DNA of 64,000 bases from an uncultured Candidatus Saccharibacteria bacterium (GTDB lineage: Bacteria > Patescibacteriota > Minisyncoccia > Phycocordibacterales > UBA918): NCBI GenBank assembly GCA_964352875.1, contig CAYGTP010000002.1, positions 4,244-68,243 of the forward strand, given 5' to 3'. Within the stretch, counting starts at the first letter, position 1. Each line of letters begins with the position of its first letter. The notes under the pieces were generated by a model that worked only from the letters and a program-made list of their open reading frames with translations, made no database searches and was not told where the DNA came from. Below, piece after piece: positions 59,911 to 64,000 of the stretch. The position numbers were made by a program, and so were the translations under genes.

Positions 59911-59948
59911 AAATACCGCAATTAATTTCGAAATTAATTGCGGTATTT
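59911..59948. terminator. 38-bp perfect palindrome AAATACCGCAATTAATTTCGAAATTAATTGCGGTATTT (copy 2); likely terminator hairpin
   Basis: Exact inverted symmetry, 6 nt after the stop of the gene at 59591-59905. Confidence 0.75.
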
Positions 59949-60006
59949 GCATTTATCAACACAAAAGGCGAGTCATTGACCCGGCAGTCTCGTATACTGT
60001 ACCCAC

Positions 60007-60585
60007 ATGAGTAAAAAAATCTTAGTACTACTTGGCCATCCTGATCACGAGACGTTTTCTGGAACTGTTGCTGACCGGTATCAGGCAGCAGCGCAAGATG
60101 CTGGACATGAAGTCCGTCGTAAAAATATCGGTCAATTACAATTCGACCCAATTCTCCATAAAGGCTACAAAGAAATCCAGCACCTCGAACCTGATTTAGT
60201 TGCCTTGCAAGAAGACTTTAATTGGGCGGATCACATTTTGATTGTATACCCTAATTGGTGGGTGACGATGCCAGCTATTTTGAAAGGGTTGTTTGACCGG
60301 ATGTGGCTGCCTGGTTTTGCCTTCAACTTTGACAAAACGACCAAACAACTCATTCAACGACTCAAAGGGAAGACAGCGCGCGTGATTATTATATCTGGAA
60401 CGCATAGTCCTTTTCAGACCTGGTGGAAATTTGGCGACTACTACAACGAAATCCAAGAAGGAATTCTTGGCTTCGCCGGTATTAAAACCAGCGTCAAAAC
60501 TATCGGTCCGTGCGAGAAAGTCGACGATACCTGCCGTGAGCGCTGGATGAAAGATGTGGAAAAGCTTGGGCGAAAGGCTTGCTAA
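60007..60585 (+). CDS. flavodoxin-like fold NAD(P)H-dependent oxidoreductase (Flavodoxin_2 / KefG-MdaB-like)
   Basis: KILVLLGHPDHETFSG...NWADHILIVYPNWWVTMPAILKGLFDR. Confidence 0.75.
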   Translation: MSKKILVLLGHPDHETFSGTVADRYQAAAQDAGHEVRRKNIGQLQFDPILHKGYKEIQHLEPDLVALQEDFNWADHILIVYPNWWVTMPAILKGLFDRMWLPGFAFNFDKTTKQLIQRLKGKTARVIIISGTHSPFQTWWKFGDYYNEIQEGILGFAGIKTSVKTIGPCEKVDDTCRERWMKDVEKLGRKAC

Positions 60586-60715
60586 ACATTACATTTTGGT
60601 GTTAAATCAAACTGCTGTGGGGAGAAGGAGCCCATTGTGCAGCGTCCCTGGTAGGGCCTCACCAACCCTACTCTCGTTCAGACGTCTTTGGGGTTCTTCG
60701 GGACCCCCTTTTTTT

Positions 60716-61816
60716 ATGTCACTCTCAGTCGGAATTGTCGGACTCCCTAACGTTGGTAAATCAACGCTTTTTAATGCACTAACAAAGAAATCTGTACCGG
60801 CTGAGAACTATCCGTTTTGTACTATTGATCCTTCGGTAGGAGTAGTGCCCGTGCCAGATTTACGACTACAGACCTTATCTAGTATCTCTGGTTCAGAGGA
60901 TATCATTCCCGCCATTATAGAATTTGTTGATATTGCCGGGTTGGTCAAAGGTGCCTCAACTGGAGAAGGCTTAGGAAATAAATTCCTGTCTAATATCCGC
61001 GAAGTCGATATGATTGCTGAAGTGGTCCGCATCTTTGAAGACGAAGATCTCCACCACGTCGCTGGCGTGGTAGACCCAATGAGTGATATTGAGGTCATTA
61101 ATCTAGAACTGATCATGGCTGATGCTGAAACTGTCTCCAAGCGACTCGGCAACGTCGAGCGTGACGCAAAGCGCGGTGACAAAACAGCAGTAGCTGAACA
61201 CTCCCTCTTGGAACGGCTGCTGCCACACCTCGAAGCAGGTCAACTCGCTCACAAGCTCGATATGAGCGAGGAAGAGCAGCTCATCATCAAAGGCCTCCAT
61301 CTACTCACCATGAAGCGTGTGCTGTATGTCTTAAATAAAAAGACCGGGGCTTACTGCTTTGACGAAAACAATGATGATCGTTGGTACGAACTATTGGAAT
61401 TTTTTGAAAAAACGAACTCAGAATACGTTATTGTTGACGCTGGGGTAGAACACGAACTAAAAGATTTGGCTGAAGACGAGAAAACTGAATTTAGACGAGA
61501 ATACGGCACACTTGATAGTGGGATTAACGAACTCATTAAAGCCAGTTACCGGACACTGGGCTTGATGTCATACTTTACTACTGGGGAGAAGGAGACAAGG
61601 GCCTGGACCGTAAAACAGGGGAGTACTGGTCCTGAAGCCGGGGCAGCGATTCATACTGACTTTAAAGACAAGTATATTCGAGCTCAAGTAGTAACCTTTG
61701 ACGACCTGGTGACTGCTGGCTCACTCGCAAAAGCCCGCGAGACCGGCAAACTTCGTACTGAAGGGAAAGAATATGTTGTACAAGACGGTGATGTGATTGA
61801 GTTTCTCCATAGCTAG
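60716..61816 (+). CDS. ychF: ribosome-binding ATPase YchF
   Basis: [20 protein letters not shown]1, [14 protein letters not shown]-terminal domain; start at MSLSVG (ORF track upstream extension unlikely). Confidence 0.85.
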   Translation: MSLSVGIVGLPNVGKSTLFNALTKKSVPAENYPFCTIDPSVGVVPVPDLRLQTLSSISGSEDIIPAIIEFVDIAGLVKGASTGEGLGNKFLSNIREVDMIAEVVRIFEDEDLHHVAGVVDPMSDIEVINLELIMADAETVSKRLGNVERDAKRGDKTAVAEHSLLERLLPHLEAGQLAHKLDMSEEEQLIIKGLHLLTMKRVLYVLNKKTGAYCFDENNDDRWYELLEFFEKTNSEYVIVDAGVEHELKDLAEDEKTEFRREYGTLDSGINELIKASYRTLGLMSYFTTGEKETRAWTVKQGSTGPEAGAAIHTDFKDKYIRAQVVTFDDLVTAGSLAKARETGKLRTEGKEYVVQDGDVIEFLHS

Positions 61817-61866
61817 TCTCCCCAGACAGTTTTCTATTCTGCAATCTAGAGCGGTAGAATACAGCT

Positions 61867-62409
61867 ATGGAATTTATAGCAAGTGCAGTCATGGCTATAT
61901 GGCTAGCGTTCATCGGTGTATTTGGATTTGGTCCAACTGAGCCCGTAGTAGAGATAGAACCTGCAGAACGTGTCCCCGTCGAAACTGTACCTACGGTCAC
62001 GCCTGAGGTAGCGATACCGACCCCAATCCCAACCAATACCAATGTGCCAGCTCCCGCAGTAGTGACTGCAAAAGAGGTAACACCTAGTTCGTCGGTACCG
62101 GTGCCGGACGTCGCCACAAGCATCACCGCTAACGATGTAGCGCCGATCGAGGTAGAAACAGCTACACCACCGAAAACAATAGAAGAAACAACGGTAGTAC
62201 AAACCACACCTGTACCAATTGAAAACCAAATCGAGTACGAACGAACTGAAGAAACCGAAGCAAGAGCGCAAGATTCCTGTGCTGACGAGATACTTGGGAA
62301 TCGTTGCGATTTTTTCGGAGTCAATGGCGAGAGTTTGGTTGGTACCTGTCAGGCAATAGATACTAGCTTGACGTGTGCACCGAACAACCTGCCGCCACAA
62401 ACTAACTAG
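61867..62409 (+). CDS. secreted/anchored Pro-Thr-Val-rich protein with C-terminal Cys motif
   Basis: N-terminal hydrophobic segment; PT-rich linker; CADEILGNRCDFFG...CQAIDTSLTCAPN. Confidence 0.4.
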   Translation: MEFIASAVMAIWLAFIGVFGFGPTEPVVEIEPAERVPVETVPTVTPEVAIPTPIPTNTNVPAPAVVTAKEVTPSSSVPVPDVATSITANDVAPIEVETATPPKTIEETTVVQTTPVPIENQIEYERTEETEARAQDSCADEILGNRCDFFGVNGESLVGTCQAIDTSLTCAPNNLPPQTN

Positions 62410-62675
62410 CTACCGTTAAGAGGAGGATTAGACCGCTGAACTGGGCTAACGACGTTTGGACTCCACTCTGCAGTGATTTCACCATGCTGTTTTTCGTAGT
62501 TTTCTACGTCATATTGCAACTTTTGCAACAATCGCTTAGCGTGAGCCGGACTAAACGAATACACTTGGGCATTTTGGCCACTTTGTAGTCCAACAATAAA
62601 ATACTCAGGTGAAAATCCTGTGGCCACATTTTCACAAAATAGTTTCGGTGCTTTCTTTAAATCTTCTGGTTTCAT
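62406..62675 (-). CDS. DUF3467 family protein
   Basis: ENVATGFSPEYFIVGLQ...FSPAHAKRLLQKLQYDVENYEKQHGEI matches the DUF3467 consensus; start placed at internal MKPEDLKK. Confidence 0.6.
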   Translation of the reverse strand: MKPEDLKKAPKLFCENVATGFSPEYFIVGLQSGQNAQVYSFSPAHAKRLLQKLQYDVENYEKQHGEITAEWSPNVVSPVQRSNPPLNGS

Positions 62676-62721
62676 GTCAGGTATTGTCCCACATTTGTTA
62701 CATTTTTGCCAAAAAAGGCGT

Positions 62722-63636
62722 ATGATTATGTATATGAATACAACAGCTCGCAACTTCGCGCTTCAGCTCGGTGCTTTGGCGTCGCTCTATCTATCATTAG
62801 CATTTTTACTCGTACTACTGTTTGGTGTCATTAATCTTACGTTTCCTGATGCCACTGACCAATATTGGAACATCGAAAGTGCTGCTTCAAGTGTCCGCTT
62901 AGGCTTTGCGATGGTAATTGTCTTTTTCCCGACCTACCTTATCCTCACTCGGACAGTAAACAAAATCCGTCGTAGTGAAGCTGAAGGAGCATATCTCGGT
63001 TTAACTCGCTGGTTAATCTATCTTTCACTACTCGTCGGTGGTGCGGTACTGCTTGGGGACTTGGTTGCTGTCATTATGGCTTTTCTGGAGGGTGAAATAA
63101 CTCAACGCTTTATTTTTAAAGCTGCGGCAGTACTGCTCGTCACTGGAGCAGCCTTCCACTACTACCTGCTTGATGCCCGAGGGCATTGGATGACAAATGA
63201 GCGACAGTCCATCATATATGGAGTTAGTGCGACTATAATCGTTCTCACATCACTTGGATACAGCATCATGAACGTTGCCGCACCTAGCGAGGTGCGCGAA
63301 TATAAACTTGACAATGAACAAGTCGGCCACTTACAAGACATGCAATGGCGAATCGAAGATTATTACCGTAGTAACGAAGCATTACCAGAAAATCTCGCCA
63401 CCGTATACGGTGCATTTGAGGTACCGACAGCACCAGAAGATCGTGAAACTTATCGCTACGAAATAACCGATGACCAAACCTACGAGCTTTGTGCCACATT
63501 TGCGTTCGATTCGACTGCGGCAGAATTCCAAACACGCTCAATTGCCGCACCTGGTCTCGAGAAAAATTACAACTGGAACTATAAAGCTGGCGACTGGTGC
63601 TTTGAGCGTCAGATTGAGGAAGTGTATAAACAGTAA
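62722..63636 (+). CDS. hypothetical integral membrane protein
   Basis: Multiple TM helices then soluble C-terminal domain; divergent from the DUF3467 gene. Confidence 0.45.
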   Translation: MIMYMNTTARNFALQLGALASLYLSLAFLLVLLFGVINLTFPDATDQYWNIESAASSVRLGFAMVIVFFPTYLILTRTVNKIRRSEAEGAYLGLTRWLIYLSLLVGGAVLLGDLVAVIMAFLEGEITQRFIFKAAAVLLVTGAAFHYYLLDARGHWMTNERQSIIYGVSATIIVLTSLGYSIMNVAAPSEVREYKLDNEQVGHLQDMQWRIEDYYRSNEALPENLATVYGAFEVPTAPEDRETYRYEITDDQTYELCATFAFDSTAAEFQTRSIAAPGLEKNYNWNYKAGDWCFERQIEEVYKQ

Positions 63637-63677
63637 CGTAGTTAAAAATTTACTTCTCGGAGTTTTGTGGCACACTG

Positions 63678-64000
63678 ATGGTTCATATGCATAAAAAGTT
63701 TGATCACCAGGCGATAGAACAGAGATGGCAACAACAATGGGCAGTTGATGGTATATATGACGTTGGGGAACGCGATCAGAACAAAGAAAAAGAATATGTC
63801 TTAGTGGAATTACCTTACCCCTCTGGGAATCTCCATATCGGCCATTGGTATGCCTTTGCGATTCCTGACATTTACGTACGTTACCGGCGAATGCAAGGAA
63901 AGCAGGTAGCATACCCAATGGGATTTGATGCCTTTGGCCTACCAGCTGAAAACGCAGCTATCAAACACAATGTCAATCCACGGGAATGGACCGAGGGCAA
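63678..64000 (+). CDS. leuS: leucyl-tRNA synthetase, N-terminal fragment (runs off window)
   Basis: HQAIEQRWQQQW...PYPSGNLHIGHWYAFAIPD (HIGH motif). Confidence 0.8.
   Translation, partial: MVHMHKKFDHQAIEQRWQQQWAVDGIYDVGERDQNKEKEYVLVELPYPSGNLHIGHWYAFAIPDIYVRYRRMQGKQVAYPMGFDAFGLPAENAAIKHNVNPREWTEG

Noticed and set aside
60554-60715. N-terminal extension of ychF in the ORF track (MWKSLGERLAKHY...)
   Set aside because: The upstream part overlaps the previous gene's stop and a hairpin plus T-run. The conserved YchF N-terminus begins at [16 protein letters not shown] (60716).

Overview
This 64-kb window reads as a compact chromosome segment from a low-GC (about 45%) bacterium with a reduced genome. 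The organism is probably monoderm and possibly CPR/Patescibacteria-like, but that lineage call is weak inference. The window is almost entirely coding on the + strand.

Recognisable core genes:
- Repair and housekeeping: uvrB, uvrA and a short uvrC, tgt, a YhhQ-type queuosine-precursor transporter, gdh, ddl, an FKBP-type isomerase, an inositol monophosphatase, a phosphohexomutase, ychF and the 5' end of leuS.
- A complete V/A-type ATPase operon in the Enterococcus ntpFIKECGABD order.
- An RND pump with its adaptor.
- A DsbA/TlpA/CcdA thiol-disulfide cluster.
- Two histidine kinases.
- Two tRNA-Ala genes, a + strand TGC and a minus-strand GGC.

Accessory content:
1. Positions 2044-12738 hold a roughly 10.7-kb cell-surface locus. 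It encodes a 2058-aa secreted protein made of four copies of a Cys/Trp-marked module, including a 350-aa tandem duplication. Flanking it are an acidic beta-propeller-like membrane protein and two DUF916-like membrane-anchored proteins, one of them fused to a LytR_C-like domain. This is the best candidate for an undescribed envelope system.
2. Positions 25009-27913 encode a FIST sensor, a cytoplasmic histidine kinase and a REC-REC regulator with no output domain.
3. Positions 27963-32050 encode a bitopic surface protein with a histone-H1-like K/P/A-rich cytoplasmic tail, translationally coupled to a membrane histidine kinase.
4. A roughly 2-kb GC-rich islet sits at the 3' end of tRNA-Ala(TGC). 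It has direct and inverted tRNA 3'-end fragments, an AbrB-like gene with a tandem GTTACGTAAC operator, a RhuM N-terminal fragment and a GC-rich (over 60%) Amidase_3 gene.
5. Two 38-bp perfect palindromes 58 kb apart share a 22-bp core and differ only by compensatory arm changes.
6. A single protein carries both a cohesin-like and a dockerin-like module.

No CRISPR array, transposase or integrase is visible.
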